The notes beneath the pieces were generated by a model. The model did not search any database, was not told where the DNA came from, and saw nothing but the letters and a program-made list of their open reading frames with translations. 64,000 bases of DNA from an uncultured Methanolobus sp. Lineage in GTDB: Archaea > Halobacteriota > Methanosarcinia > Methanosarcinales > Methanosarcinaceae. Where the stretch lies: positions 2,496,001 to 2,560,000 of the forward strand of contig OY776215.1 in NCBI GenBank assembly GCA_963675495.1. Reading direction: 5' to 3'. Shown here in pieces: positions 29,888-40,676 of this stretch. Positions within the stretch are counted from its first letter, which is position 1, and each line of letters opens with the position of its first letter. A program made the position numbers and the translations under genes.

Positions 29888-32479
29888 ATGACCGTCCCAA
29901 AAGAATATGACCCACACATTATAGAGCCTAAATGGCGTGATTCATGGAATATGTCCATGTATCATTTTGACTGGAAAGATGAAAGCAGGCCCCAGTTCAT
30001 AATTGATACGCCACCACCATATCCAACGGGAAATTTCCATATAGGTAATTCCCTTAACTGGTGTTACATCGATTTTGTTGCAAGATACAAACGAATGTGC
30101 GGGTATAATGTAATGTTCCCTCAGGGGTGGGACTGCCACGGTCTTCCTACTGAAGTGAAAGTTGAAGAGATCCATGGTATCACAAAGAACGAGGTTCCAA
30201 GAGAAGAGTTCAGGAACATGTGCCGTGAACTAACGGTTGGGAACATCGAGAAAATGAGGAACACAATGCTAAACCTCGGTTTCTCAACTGACTGGAGCAA
30301 TGAGTTTGTGACAATGGAGCCTGAATACTATTCCAAGACCCAGATGTCTTTCAGGAAGATGTATGATATGGACCGTCTTTATCAGTCCGAACATCCTGTT
30401 AACTGGTGTCCAAGATGTGAAACGGCAATTGCTTTTGCAGAAGTAGAATACGATTCCAGGGAAACGAAGCTCAATTACCTGCATTTTGATGATCTTGAGA
30501 TCGCAACCAGCAGACCGGAATTACTTGCAGCTTGCGTTGCGGTTGCCATCAATCCTGAAGACGAGCGGTATAAAGTGTATCTCAATTCAACTGTCAAAGT
30601 ACCTCTTTTTGGTCATGAGGTCAAGGTCATCGGTGACAAGGATGTAGATCCTGAATTTGGTACCGGTGCAGTTATGATATGTACTTTCGGTGATAAGCAG
30701 GATGTCAGATGGTGGCTGGAGCACAGTCTTCCACTGCGCAAGGCTATTGACAAAAGTGGTCTTATGACCGAGATTGCCGGCAAGTACAAGGGTATGTCTA
30801 TTCCTGAATGCAAGAAAGCCATCATTGAAGACCTTGAAAAGGAAGGTTATCTCTTTGAGCAGAAACCACTTGAACAGAATGTAGGTATGTGCTGGAGATG
30901 CAGCACTCCTATTGAGATTCTTTCCGAGCGCCAGTGGTTCATTAAGATAGACACTGATGAGGTCTCAAATGCATCAAACGAGATCGAGTGGCTGCCGGAG
31001 TATATGAAGGTCAGGCTTGACAACTGGACAAATACAATGGAGTGGGACTGGTGTATATCCCGCCAGAGGCTCTTTGCAACACCAATACCTGTGTGGTACT
31101 GCAAACATTGTGATGAAGTAATGGTTGCAAAGGAAGAATGGATGCCTATTGATCCTACACAGCAACAGCCACCAGAAGCCTGTCAATGTGGAAGCACAGA
31201 GTTTGAGGCAGAAAAGGATGTTCTGGATACATGGATGGATTCATCTATTACAGCACTTCATGTTTCAGGCTGGCTCACGGACCACGAAATGAGGCTGCCT
31301 GCACAACTTCGTCCACAGGGTCATGATATTATCAGGACCTGGGCATTCTATTCCATATTACGTTCCATGGCTATAACAGGCAAGAAACCATGGGATGCTA
31401 TCCTGGTTAACGGTATGGTGCTTGGTGAAGATGGTCACAAGATGAGCAAATCACTTGGTAATGTCATAGCTCCTGAAGAAGTGATAAAAGATTATAGTGC
31501 TGATTCATTCAGGCAGTGGGCTGCAATTGGCGGATCTCCTGGGTCTGATGTGATGTTCCGCTGGAAAGATGTTGTTTCAGCATCAAGGTTCTTCACAAAG
31601 ATGTGGAGTATCTACAGGTTCGGTATGTCCCATCTTGAAGAGTATGAGCACTGCGATATTGATGTTTCACAGCTTACGATCGTTGACAAATGGCTTCTTA
31701 GTAATCTGAACCGACTTATCATGTCAGTTACTCAGTCTATGGAGGCCTACCAGTTTGATGAAGCATTCAAAGCTGTCAGAGGTTTTACGTGGGATATCCT
31801 TGCAGACAATTACATCGAGCTTGTAAAAGCACGCCTCTATGGTGAAGATGAATCTGGAAAGCAGGCTGCAAGATATACATTATATGTTGCGATCGATGCT
31901 CTTTCCCGTTTGCTTGCGCCATTTGCACCGTTCTTTGCAGAGGAAATGTTCTCCCGTATAGGCGATGGCAGTGTTCATGTTAAGGAATGGCCAAAAGCCT
32001 GCGAGTCTCTGATAGATGCTGATATTGAGCAATCCGGTGAATTCATAAAGGATGTTGCAAGCAGTGTAAGGAGATACAAATCCGAGCATGGCATGGCACT
32101 TAATGCCCCTCTTGCAAAAATAGAGATATATGGCAGTCTTGCAGACATCACCGACGTACTTGGTGCCACGAATTCTCCAGTTGAGGTAATTGCAGGAGAG
32201 CCTGATTTTGAGCATGTTCCTGTGAATGTCAAACCCAATATGGGCGTTATCGGTCCTAAATTCAGGGGACAGGCAAAGGATATAATCAATGCACTAATTG
32301 AAGAGAATCCCAGGAAAATTGCTGATGAGATCGCAAAAGGAAAGATAACTGTAAAAGTTAATGGCGATATTCTTGAACTTGAACCCGAATGTGTTGGGAT
32401 AGAGAAAGAAGTTGTCTCTGCAGGAAGGGCAGTTGACGTTCTTGATATCGGCGGAGTTCCTGTTGTTATTGTGAGGTAA
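29888..32479 (+). CDS. valS: Valine--tRNA ligase
   Basis: [15 protein letters not shown] (HIGH-type), [16 protein letters not shown] and KMSKS. Confidence 0.97.
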   Translation: MTVPKEYDPHIIEPKWRDSWNMSMYHFDWKDESRPQFIIDTPPPYPTGNFHIGNSLNWCYIDFVARYKRMCGYNVMFPQGWDCHGLPTEVKVEEIHGITKNEVPREEFRNMCRELTVGNIEKMRNTMLNLGFSTDWSNEFVTMEPEYYSKTQMSFRKMYDMDRLYQSEHPVNWCPRCETAIAFAEVEYDSRETKLNYLHFDDLEIATSRPELLAACVAVAINPEDERYKVYLNSTVKVPLFGHEVKVIGDKDVDPEFGTGAVMICTFGDKQDVRWWLEHSLPLRKAIDKSGLMTEIAGKYKGMSIPECKKAIIEDLEKEGYLFEQKPLEQNVGMCWRCSTPIEILSERQWFIKIDTDEVSNASNEIEWLPEYMKVRLDNWTNTMEWDWCISRQRLFATPIPVWYCKHCDEVMVAKEEWMPIDPTQQQPPEACQCGSTEFEAEKDVLDTWMDSSITALHVSGWLTDHEMRLPAQLRPQGHDIIRTWAFYSILRSMAITGKKPWDAILVNGMVLGEDGHKMSKSLGNVIAPEEVIKDYSADSFRQWAAIGGSPGSDVMFRWKDVVSASRFFTKMWSIYRFGMSHLEEYEHCDIDVSQLTIVDKWLLSNLNRLIMSVTQSMEAYQFDEAFKAVRGFTWDILADNYIELVKARLYGEDESGKQAARYTLYVAIDALSRLLAPFAPFFAEEMFSRIGDGSVHVKEWPKACESLIDADIEQSGEFIKDVASSVRRYKSEHGMALNAPLAKIEIYGSLADITDVLGATNSPVEVIAGEPDFEHVPVNVKPNMGVIGPKFRGQAKDIINALIEENPRKIADEIAKGKITVKVNGDILELEPECVGIEKEVVSAGRAVDVLDIGGVPVVIVR

Positions 32480-32640
32480 AGTTATTATGGGTGCGGTATG
32501 TGGGGTCTCTCCTCATAAACTTTAAAAGCATCCATTACTTATTTTACCAATGTAACTACCTTGGAAATAATGCAGGGTAATACTATCGGGATAGTACCAT
32601 TAATAATCAAATAATATTTATCTGCTTGACAGGTGATTAG

Positions 32641-33123
32641 TTGAAAATAAAATCCAGAGTACAGCTAAGAAAATCAGCAAAGAATCAACTCTTGAGTGAT
32701 GTAACCTCTATTTTTGGTGAAGCTGTAAAGCAACTTGAAAAGAGCAAGTTTGAAACGGCAAACATAGATGATCTGTCGCTTGTACTTGTTGACGGGGAAC
32801 CGTTGCTATTCCAGATAAATGGCTTTTACTTCCCTACTGTAAAAGGAGTCTTGAATCTCGGTCTGACGAAAAACGTGGTAAAGGTTGATTCCGGTGCGGT
32901 TCGTTTTGTTGTAAACGGTGCTGATATTATGTGTCCGGGAATTGTTGGTGCTGATTCTGATATAGGGGAGAATGACCCTGTTATCATTATTGAAGAGGCA
33001 CATGGCAAACCTTTGGCCATTGGCACGGCTTTGATGCCAGGGGCTGATATGGTGGGAAATAAGGGCAAAGCTGTAAAGTCCATACATTACGTAGGTGACA
33101 AGCTCTGGAATCTGGACATCTGA
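32641..33123 (+). CDS. PUA-domain RNA-binding protein (Tma20/MCT-1-like)
   Basis: VDSGAVRFVVNGADIMCPGI and GKAVKSIHYVGD; TTG start after AGGTGA SD. Confidence 0.9.
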   Translation: MKIKSRVQLRKSAKNQLLSDVTSIFGEAVKQLEKSKFETANIDDLSLVLVDGEPLLFQINGFYFPTVKGVLNLGLTKNVVKVDSGAVRFVVNGADIMCPGIVGADSDIGENDPVIIIEEAHGKPLAIGTALMPGADMVGNKGKAVKSIHYVGDKLWNLDI

Positions 33124-33252
33124 AAGAAATCATTAAAATAGGATGAGTTTTAATATAAATAGCAGCAACAGTTTATATTAACAGTCCGGTAACATTTTAA
33201 GTAGTAGTGATATTATTATATAACAAAGTTTTTGAATACATGAGGGCGAATT

Positions 33253-33633
33253 ATGGCAAACATCGTGAACAAATTATTTGGTAGCAGCAACAAAAGCTCA
33301 ACCACTGAGGATGAATATACAGAACTTGACCTCACTAAGTATGAAGAGGTAATGGATGATGAACCTGCAGAAACCTACATACGGGTTGCAGAGCTCACAA
33401 ACCTCAATGAGCTGACCTCACTCAAAAAAGAGATATATGACGGTAATATCGTAATGATCGATATATCCAACATCAAGGTGGACAAGTTGTTGCTTGATCG
33501 TGCTTTGAAAGACCTCAAAGAGGTCGTAATGGATGTTCATGGCGACATTGCCGGCATCAAGGAAGACCAGGTCCTTGTAACACCGATGGGTATCAAGATC
33601 GATAGGTCAAAGTTAACTGGTGGCAGATATTGA
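33253..33633 (+). CDS. sepF: Cell division protein SepF (archaeal)
   Basis: N-terminal amphipathic helix, EIYDGNIVMID and GDIAG..VLVTP; conserved PUA-SepF-ZPR1 gene order. Confidence 0.85.
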   Translation: MANIVNKLFGSSNKSSTTEDEYTELDLTKYEEVMDDEPAETYIRVAELTNLNELTSLKKEIYDGNIVMIDISNIKVDKLLLDRALKDLKEVVMDVHGDIAGIKEDQVLVTPMGIKIDRSKLTGGRY

Positions 33634-34268
33634 ACGGTAGAGAATCCTGCCAGAGTTTTGAAACGAGAACGTCATGTCCTCTTTGCCATGAAGATCTGGT
33701 AATAAAGTGGCAGGGTGACGATATCCCTTATTTTGGCGAGGTGATGCATATTACTGCATTATGTAAATGCAGTTTCAGATTTGCTGATACCTTAATTCTT
33801 TCGCAGAAAGAACCAATGAGGTATGTATTGAAGGTGGAGGGTCCTGAGGATCTCAACAGCAGGGTAGTACGTTCCACTTCTGGTACCATCCACATACCTG
33901 AGCTTGGGATTGACGTAGAACCTGGTTCAATCTCAGATTCTTACATTACAAACATTGAAGGGGTTCTTGACAGGATCTACAATGTGGTCATCACTGCTAC
34001 TAAATGGTCGGTGGATGATGAAGAGAAGCACTCTCGCGGACTTGAGGTTCAAAAAGCACTTGAAGAGGCAATTGAGGGAAAACGGTCTCTTACCGTTATC
34101 ATCGAGGATCCTTTTGGTAATAGTGCTATTATTTCTGATAAAGCTGAATCCTGCGCGCTTTCTCCGGAAGATTCTGCAAATCTAAAAACTGGGATGATAG
34201 TCTTTGATATGAATTCTTCAGAGATGGAACTTGATGCATCTGACTCCGAGCATCAGTTAAAGGAATGA
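33630..34268 (+). CDS. ZPR1-type zinc finger protein
   Basis: CPLC...IPYFGE...CKC, VVRS, NIEG and DPFGNS; TTGA overlap with sepF. Confidence 0.9.
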   Translation: MNGRESCQSFETRTSCPLCHEDLVIKWQGDDIPYFGEVMHITALCKCSFRFADTLILSQKEPMRYVLKVEGPEDLNSRVVRSTSGTIHIPELGIDVEPGSISDSYITNIEGVLDRIYNVVITATKWSVDDEEKHSRGLEVQKALEEAIEGKRSLTVIIEDPFGNSAIISDKAESCALSPEDSANLKTGMIVFDMNSSEMELDASDSEHQLKE

Positions 34269-34366
34269 TCTTCCATCCTTGCTCCTTTTTTACTTTGATA
34301 AACTTTAAGTATTTATTTGCTTAAAGTGTATTATTATACATATATTTTACAAAAGGGGGAAGTTAT

Positions 34367-35119
34367 CTGGAAGAAGAATCACTTAAAGAGCCTGGAATAC
34401 CATTAATTGGTGATGATGCACCTGCCTTTAAAGCCAGAACTACTTTGGGCATGGTAAATTTCCCGGAGGACTATAAAGGGAAATGGATTATCTTTTTCAG
34501 TCATCCTTCTGACTTCACTCCGGTCTGCACTACGGAATTCATAAAATGTGCTACTATGCAGGAAGAACTAAGATCGCTTAACACGGAGCTCATTGGTCTT
34601 TCTGTTGATAGTATCTATTCTCATATCGCATGGCTTAAGACTATACGGGACAGGATTGACTACAAAGATTTCAAGAACATAGATGTGATGTTTCCGGTTA
34701 TCGAAGATCAGAGGATGGAGGTTGCACGTAAATATGGCATGATCCATCCAAATGCTCATTATACCCCCGAGGCGATTCTCGAGAAGTTTGAACGATCTGG
34801 TGGAGTTTTACCAATAGAAGAATTTACTACAGAGACGATACGTGCTGTTTTTATCATTGACCCCTTGGGTAAAATAAGAGCTATGCTCTATTATCCTTTC
34901 TCAAATGGAAGGAGCATGGATGAGGTAAAACGTCTATTAATTGCGATTCAAAAATCGGACAGTGAAAATGTTTCAACCCCGGAAGGCTGGTTGCCTGGGG
35001 ATGACGTAATTGCGCCATGTCCTGTTACATGGACTGATGTAAAGGAAATATCTGATAGGTCAGGTGATGATATGAAATGTATTGACTGGTTCCTTTGCAT
35101 GAAAAAAGACAGGCAATAG
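34367..35119 (+). CDS. Peroxiredoxin (Prx6/archaeal type), probable CTG start
   Basis: FSHPSDFTPVCTTE active site and C-terminal CIDWFLC. The conserved PLIGDDAPAF segment lies upstream of the track's TTG start (34445), so the start was moved to the in-frame CTG at 34367. Confidence 0.85.
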   Translation: MEEESLKEPGIPLIGDDAPAFKARTTLGMVNFPEDYKGKWIIFFSHPSDFTPVCTTEFIKCATMQEELRSLNTELIGLSVDSIYSHIAWLKTIRDRIDYKDFKNIDVMFPVIEDQRMEVARKYGMIHPNAHYTPEAILEKFERSGGVLPIEEFTTETIRAVFIIDPLGKIRAMLYYPFSNGRSMDEVKRLLIAIQKSDSENVSTPEGWLPGDDVIAPCPVTWTDVKEISDRSGDDMKCIDWFLCMKKDRQ

Positions 35120-35257
35120 GTTTTATCTATACATTATTTTCTATTTTTCTTCATTTTACCTTTTCGTACTTTAGAGCCTATTCAATCTAGGAAAGGAAAT
35201 GCCTATAAGCAATGTACTTGTTAATGTAGCCAAAATCAGTTATAAGCAGGTGAATAT

Positions 35258-36694
35258 ATGGCAGAGCAAGAAAAAGAGGCTGCGCTTCCTTCAAAAGAGA
35301 ATTTCAGTGAATGGTATAATGACCTTCTGTTGAAAGGTGAGATTATGGACGTACGTTATCCTGTCAAAGGATTATATGTATGGTTCCCTTTTGGTTTCAA
35401 CATCAGGAGAAATGTTTACGATATCATTCGTAAGTTGCTTGATAAGGATCATCAGGAGACATTGTTCCCACTTCTTATTCCGGAAAATGAGTTTATGAAA
35501 GAGGCCGAACACATAAAGGGCTTTGAAGAAGAGGTTTATTGGGTAACGCACGGAGGTACTTCTCCGCTGGATGTTAAACTGGCACTCCGTCCTACAAGTG
35601 AAACTGCTATCTATCCTATGTACAAATTGTGGATAAGGTCCCATGCAGATATGCCTCTTAAGCTATACCAGATAGTTAACACATTCAGGTATGAGACTAA
35701 GCATACACGTCCTCTTATCAGGCTGCGTGAGATTACCTCTTTCAAGGAAGCACATACTGTTCATGCAACCTGGGATGATGCAGCTGCACAGGTGGATGAA
35801 GCCATTAGGCTTTATACTGAGTTCTACCGTCAACTCGCAGTTCCTGTTCTTGCATCTAAAAGACCGGACTGGGACAAATTCCCTGGTGCGGACTACACGA
35901 TAGCTACTGATGCCCTGATGCCTGATGGCAAGACCTTACAGGTAGGCACGGCTCACCACCTTGGTGACAATTTTGCGAAGACATTTGACATAACCTATGA
36001 GGATGCAGAAGGTGAGCAGGTTTTCGCTTATCAGACATGCTATGGTGTTTCAGAACGTTCCATAGCTTCCATGATATCCATTCATGGTGATGATAAGGGC
36101 CTGGTGCTTCCTCCTGCGGTTGCTCCGGTACAGGTCGTGATAATCCCTATCGTTTTCAAAAAGCCTGAAGGTGTCCCTGAAGCATGTGAGAAAGTAATGA
36201 GTGCTCTTGAAGCAGCAGGTATTCGTGTAAAGATGGATGCGAGCGACAGCCGCCCTGGTGCTAAGTACTATAAATGGGAAATGCGCGGGGTTCCTGTTAG
36301 GCTGGAACTTGGTCCAAGGGACCTTAAAAATAATGCTGCCATGCTTGCACGCCGTGATACTGGCGAAAAACTGCAGGTATCTCTTGACAATATCACAGAT
36401 GAGGTTTTGTCCCTGCTTGATGGAATTCATGAGAATTTGTATGAAAAGGCAAAGGCAAGTGTGCAGGAACGTATTTTTGACTGTGATGACCTTGCTGTCA
36501 CTAAGGAAAAACTCACAGAGGGTATTGCAAAGGTCTTCTGGTGTGGCAATAAGGAATGTGGCTTGAAACTTGAGGAAGAGATTGGTGCGGGCATACTTGG
36601 TATACCTACTGAGCAAACAGAAGGTTGCTCCGGCAAATGTCCTGTGTGTGGTTCAGATGCAGATACTCAGGTGTATGTTGCCAGGACTTATTGA
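35258..36694 (+). CDS. proS: Proline--tRNA ligase (archaeal/eukaryal type)
   Basis: [36 protein letters not shown], and C-terminal Zn site ending ARTY. Confidence 0.97.
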   Translation: MAEQEKEAALPSKENFSEWYNDLLLKGEIMDVRYPVKGLYVWFPFGFNIRRNVYDIIRKLLDKDHQETLFPLLIPENEFMKEAEHIKGFEEEVYWVTHGGTSPLDVKLALRPTSETAIYPMYKLWIRSHADMPLKLYQIVNTFRYETKHTRPLIRLREITSFKEAHTVHATWDDAAAQVDEAIRLYTEFYRQLAVPVLASKRPDWDKFPGADYTIATDALMPDGKTLQVGTAHHLGDNFAKTFDITYEDAEGEQVFAYQTCYGVSERSIASMISIHGDDKGLVLPPAVAPVQVVIIPIVFKKPEGVPEACEKVMSALEAAGIRVKMDASDSRPGAKYYKWEMRGVPVRLELGPRDLKNNAAMLARRDTGEKLQVSLDNITDEVLSLLDGIHENLYEKAKASVQERIFDCDDLAVTKEKLTEGIAKVFWCGNKECGLKLEEEIGAGILGIPTEQTEGCSGKCPVCGSDADTQVYVARTY

Positions 36695-36748
36695 CGTTTG
36701 TCTGGAAACTGTCATATACTCCCTGTAAAATACATCTAGGCGATTGGT

Positions 36749-37825
36749 ATGGATACATTAGCACCCGAAAAAGTCCGGTTACCTGAAAAACCGTTGTTTG
36801 TATGTGTTCTAGGAAACACAGAAACTGCTTATATCGAAGGTCTCTCCGCTGCAGGCAAGACTGCAAAACTTACAGATTATACTCCAGCAGGCGATGCGGA
36901 AGTCCTTGAGACAGGAACTATCATAGACGTTCCATTCCTGCCAATGACTCCGCCGTATGATACGCCTACGCCTGCACTTATTACTCGCGCAGCGTTGTCA
37001 ATTACGGGTATTCCGCATGTTTTTGTAAATGCGGGCTTAAAAGTTCTTCCAGCAAAACAGGTGCCACTTATTGACATCGGTGGAATGCCTGGCGATGATA
37101 TCAGAAAACCGACTGCTGTACACAATGTTGAAAATGCATTCAAAAATGCCTTCAAGCTTGGTGAGGAGCTCGCAAAGGACCATGATCTCATTGTGATTGG
37201 AGAGAGCATCGCTGCAGGGACCACAACTGCCAACGCAGTGCTTCAGTCATTGGGTTATGATGGTAATGTTAGCAGTAGTTCCAGTTCAAATCCTTTGGAT
37301 CTCAAAAAACAGGTTGTAGATGATGCTTTAAAGTCATCCTCTATTACTTTTGGTTCTCTGGGTGAGGACCCCCTTAAAGCAGTAGCTTCAGTTGGGGATC
37401 CAATGATGGTTGCTGTTGCAGGAATTGCCGCAGGTCTTGGGGATACCCCTGTTATTCTTGCAGGTGGCACTCAGATGGCTTCTATATTTGCTGTTATCAA
37501 GCATCTGGGTTACTCTACAGGTAATATTAAAATTGTTACTACCACTTACGTCGTGCAGGATGAGTCTGCTAATTTCACAGAACTTGCAGGTGAGATTGGT
37601 GCTGTTTTTGAAGGTGTTGATCCTGAATTCGGTAAATCCGCATTCAAGGGTTTGCAACAGTATGAAGCTGGTTTTGTCAAAGAAGGTGTAGGTGCGGGTG
37701 GAGCTATCTATCTGGCGGGCATGTTCGGCTATTCCATGGAAGAACTACGCTTAAAGATCGAAGAACTTTGTGATGAGTTGTGCAAATTCGGAGATATTGA
37801 TAGGATAGCTAACGAAAATATGTAA
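36749..37825 (+). CDS. cobT: Archaeal nicotinate-mononucleotide-dependent phosphoribosyltransferase CobT
   Basis: TPTPALIT, GESIAAGTTTA, GDPMM, LAGGTQM and KEGVGAGG. Confidence 0.88.
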   Translation: MDTLAPEKVRLPEKPLFVCVLGNTETAYIEGLSAAGKTAKLTDYTPAGDAEVLETGTIIDVPFLPMTPPYDTPTPALITRAALSITGIPHVFVNAGLKVLPAKQVPLIDIGGMPGDDIRKPTAVHNVENAFKNAFKLGEELAKDHDLIVIGESIAAGTTTANAVLQSLGYDGNVSSSSSSNPLDLKKQVVDDALKSSSITFGSLGEDPLKAVASVGDPMMVAVAGIAAGLGDTPVILAGGTQMASIFAVIKHLGYSTGNIKIVTTTYVVQDESANFTELAGEIGAVFEGVDPEFGKSAFKGLQQYEAGFVKEGVGAGGAIYLAGMFGYSMEELRLKIEELCDELCKFGDIDRIANENM

Positions 37826-37894
37826 CATCAGGGTAATAGTACCGCTAAATATATCTTTGATAAGATGTATTCTGGGGGTACTGCCCGAATTTAT

Positions 37895-38090
37895 GGGGCT
37901 GTGGCCTAGCCCGGCATGGCGATGGGCTCCAGCGGATAAATGATGAACAACGGGTCTACTGAGACTAACCCGACGGGGTTGGTTTGTGAGGAACCGTTGG
38001 AGCACTGATATGTGCTCATTAACTGAATGCTGTTTTTTGCAGCTGTTCGGAGAGACCCGTCGATCGTGAGTTCGAATCTCACCAGCCCCA
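37895..38090 (+). tRNA. tRNA-Trp(CCA) with a 122-nt intron at position 37/38 (37933-38054)
   Basis: Acceptor stem GGGGCTG/CAGCCCC-A, anticodon stem ATGGG/CCCGT, anticodon CCA at 37929-37931, T arm GTGAG-TTCGAAT-CTCAC; CCA end not encoded. Confidence 0.96.
37933..38054 (+). ncRNA. Intron-encoded box C/D guide RNA for 2'-O-methylation of tRNA-Trp C34 and C39
   Basis: C box ATGATGA 37940-46, D' CTGA 37959-62, C' GTGAGGA 37986-92, D CTGA 38005-08; both guides are complementary to the pre-tRNA itself. Confidence 0.9.
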
Positions 38091-38292
38091 CATTAATTTC
38101 TTGCAGTGTTTGTCATTTCTGCAAGGTTAGTTTCTATGCCTAAACTATATATGTAGATAGAACTATATAATTAACAGTAAAAATAATTCGATTAATTTAT
38201 GCTTAATTGTGTAACAAGGCGCAATGCTCACCAGCAGATTTATATTGTAATATATTTATTTAATTTACGTGTAAACAGGGAGCCTATGATTC

Positions 38293-39069
38293 ATGTCAAA
38301 TAGGGATAAAGTACTCATTGTTGATGACGAACAGGCCATAGTTGAATTAATGGGCCTCTACCTTAAGTCAGACTATGAAGTAATTCCTGCATATAGTGGA
38401 CAGGAAGCGCTGGATAAGGTCAAAAGTGAAAAGCCCGACATAATTCTGCTTGATGTGATGATGCCTGATATGAATGGGTATGAGGTTTGCAGGGTTTTAA
38501 AAACATCTGTTGAAACCCAGTTCCTTCCTGTTGTTATGGTTACTGCATTATCCGGCAAAGATGACCGTATCAAAGGGATAGAGGTGGGAGCTGATGAGTT
38601 CCTTGGCAAGCCTGTAAACAGACTTGAGCTTGTTACTCGGGTCAAATCTCTTTTAAGAATGAAGCATCTCCAGGATAAGATCCTTGCTGAAAGGAATGAA
38701 GCAATGAACTATCTGGATATTGCAGGTTTTATTATTTTTGTCCTTGACGGAGATATGAAGATCAATCTCGTTAATTCAAAAGGCAACGATATTCTTGGTT
38801 ACGGTGAATTTGAACTGATAGGCCATGACTTTTCTAAATTACTTGTTCCTGAAGTGCTAAAGGAAGATGTCAGGGGAAAGTTTGAAGGGGCTTTAAGCGG
38901 TGAATCCGGGCTGCCGGAATTCATAGAGCACCCTGTAATTGCAAAGGATGGAAGGGAAGTTCCAGTGCGCTGGTATAATGTTGTTCTAAAAAATGTGGAT
39001 GGTAATATTACTGGTATCTTATGTTCTGGTGAGGATCTAAGTAAATTCCAGCAAGGTATTCGTTTTTGA
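38293..39069 (+). CDS. Response regulator receiver + PAS domain protein
   Basis: VLIVDD, LLDVMMP (phospho-Asp) and KP, then a PAS/PAC domain; no output domain. Confidence 0.88.
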   Translation: MSNRDKVLIVDDEQAIVELMGLYLKSDYEVIPAYSGQEALDKVKSEKPDIILLDVMMPDMNGYEVCRVLKTSVETQFLPVVMVTALSGKDDRIKGIEVGADEFLGKPVNRLELVTRVKSLLRMKHLQDKILAERNEAMNYLDIAGFIIFVLDGDMKINLVNSKGNDILGYGEFELIGHDFSKLLVPEVLKEDVRGKFEGALSGESGLPEFIEHPVIAKDGREVPVRWYNVVLKNVDGNITGILCSGEDLSKFQQGIRF

Positions 39070-39084
39070 AGTGCTCTATATATT

Positions 39085-39387
39085 TTAAGGATCTTCAATG
39101 GGGCAGTTGTTGTCTTCTTCCTCATTCTTGAAAAGATTCTTTGTTGTACAGCATATCCACTTTTGATGTAGTATCAGGTGTATCCCTGTAAAAAATGTCA
39201 TCATAATTGCCGATCTGGTATGTATCAGTGTCCACATGGCTTTTGTTATTCCTAGATATTCCTGATATCTTCCCTTTGGAACTCCTGAAGGTATCATAAG
39301 GTACATAACAAATCCCGTGACTGCAGCTATCATGAATAATATTGTCAATATGGCATCAATTAAATAGTTCAATTTTGTTCGGTTCAT
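39085..39387 (-). CDS. Small membrane protein, DUF4405-like
   Basis: Two TM helices with W..IH...IHLILH.KW, the His pattern typical of the family. Confidence 0.7.
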   Translation of the reverse strand: MNRTKLNYLIDAILTILFMIAAVTGFVMYLMIPSGVPKGRYQEYLGITKAMWTLIHTRSAIMMTFFTGIHLILHQKWICCTTKNLFKNEEEDNNCPIEDP

Positions 39388-39548
39388 TATTCATTCTCTT
39401 ATTTGCAGGTATTATTCTTGCATTAATGCAATACATTGGTTTTTAATGCGGTATATCATTTTTAGACTTATGGTTTGTTTGAAATTTTTTGTTTTTCTTT
39501 GCTGGTTGGTGCAAAGGTTTAAATTCAATTGCGTTAAGTAGTAGTCCT

Positions 39549-39608
39549 GTTTCATTGTCGGGATAAGTCCCGTGGGAATGTAGCTTTACAAAAGCTGAAC
39601 CGTGAAAC
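39549..39608 (+). ncRNA. Candidate eL15 ribosomal-protein leader RNA
   Basis: Multistem GTTTCA...TGAAAC enclosing the hairpins CGGGA-TAAG-TCCCG and AGCTTT-ACA-AAAGCT; lies between a TATA box (TTTAAA ~39518) and rpl15e. Confidence 0.6.
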
Positions 39609-39633
39609 TAGAAATGAAACTTAGGTGAATAAA

Positions 39634-40224
39634 TTGTCAAAATCATTTTACGCATACGTAAGAGACGCATGGAAAGACCCGGACGCAACATATGTCCATG
39701 AACTAAGATGGGAAAGACTTCAGGAATGGAGAAAGGAAGGATCTGTTACAAAGATCAGACGTCCAACCCGTATAGACCGTGCTCGCTCCCTTGGATACAA
39801 GGCTAAGCAGGGTATCATTGTAGCTCGTGTACATGTACGCAGAGGTAGTCTGAGAAAGTCCAGGTATATCCGTGGAAGACGTACCCAGCGCATGGGTAAG
39901 AACAAGATCACTGCCGGAAAGAGCATTCAGAGAATTGCTGAAGAGCGTGCTGGCAGAAAGTTCCCTAACATGGAAGTTCTCAACTCTTACTGGGTTGGTG
40001 AAGATGGTAAACTTAAGTGGTACGAGGTAATTCTTGTAGACCCAAGCCATCCTGTGATCAAAAGCGACAAGAACCTCAACTGGATATGCAACAACACCCA
40101 TAAGGGACGTGCAAACCGTGGTAAGACCAGTGCAGGCCGTAAGGGCAGAGGAATGATGTCACGTGGAACAGGTACTGAGAAGAACAGACCAAGTATCAGG
40201 TCAAACCTTAACAGGGGCAAGTGA
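39634..40224 (+). CDS. rpl15e: 50S ribosomal protein L15e
   Basis: [30 protein letters not shown] and EVILVDP; TTG start at 39634 after AGGTGA SD. Confidence 0.97.
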   Translation: MSKSFYAYVRDAWKDPDATYVHELRWERLQEWRKEGSVTKIRRPTRIDRARSLGYKAKQGIIVARVHVRRGSLRKSRYIRGRRTQRMGKNKITAGKSIQRIAEERAGRKFPNMEVLNSYWVGEDGKLKWYEVILVDPSHPVIKSDKNLNWICNNTHKGRANRGKTSAGRKGRGMMSRGTGTEKNRPSIRSNLNRGK

Positions 40225-40676
40225 TCCATTATATTAACTTGCGCGTGATCGCGCACTCAACTGAGGATATTTCCAGGGTACGTAATGCCCTGGACTTCTT
40301 TTTACGGAATGCCATAGGCAGATCATGTGATGCTGTTACTGACGAACTTGTAGATGTAACGGATATTGAAGGTCATTATGGCAACTCTTCTGTGATGCTC
40401 AGTTCGCAGATCACTCGCAAATCTGACACTGTAAAGATTGCCAGTTTCATCCGGGAGAATATGTCTCTTGATGATGTTGAGCTTCTTCGCAGTGAGATGC
40501 CTGACAGGCTGGATGGCGATCAGTTATTCCATATGAGGTTTGATAAACAGTCAGCTTCTTTGGGGAAGCTGGAATTGAGTTCCTCTTCCGATGCTATCAT
40601 CATAAAGGTAAAGATAGCTACTTATCCTAAGAACCGTGTTCAAGCGGGACAGATTGTGGAGGAATTGTTTGGCTAG
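40221..40676 (+). CDS. Predicted RNA-binding protein (DUF54 family)
   Basis: HSTED, EGHYGN and RFDKQ motifs; conserved position in the superoperon. Confidence 0.8.
   Translation: MIHYINLRVIAHSTEDISRVRNALDFFLRNAIGRSCDAVTDELVDVTDIEGHYGNSSVMLSSQITRKSDTVKIASFIRENMSLDDVELLRSEMPDRLDGDQLFHMRFDKQSASLGKLELSSSSDAIIIKVKIATYPKNRVQAGQIVEELFG

Noticed and set aside
37751-38091. Minus-strand ORFs 37751-38005 and 37906-38091
   Set aside because: They are antisense to tRNA-Trp and its intron.
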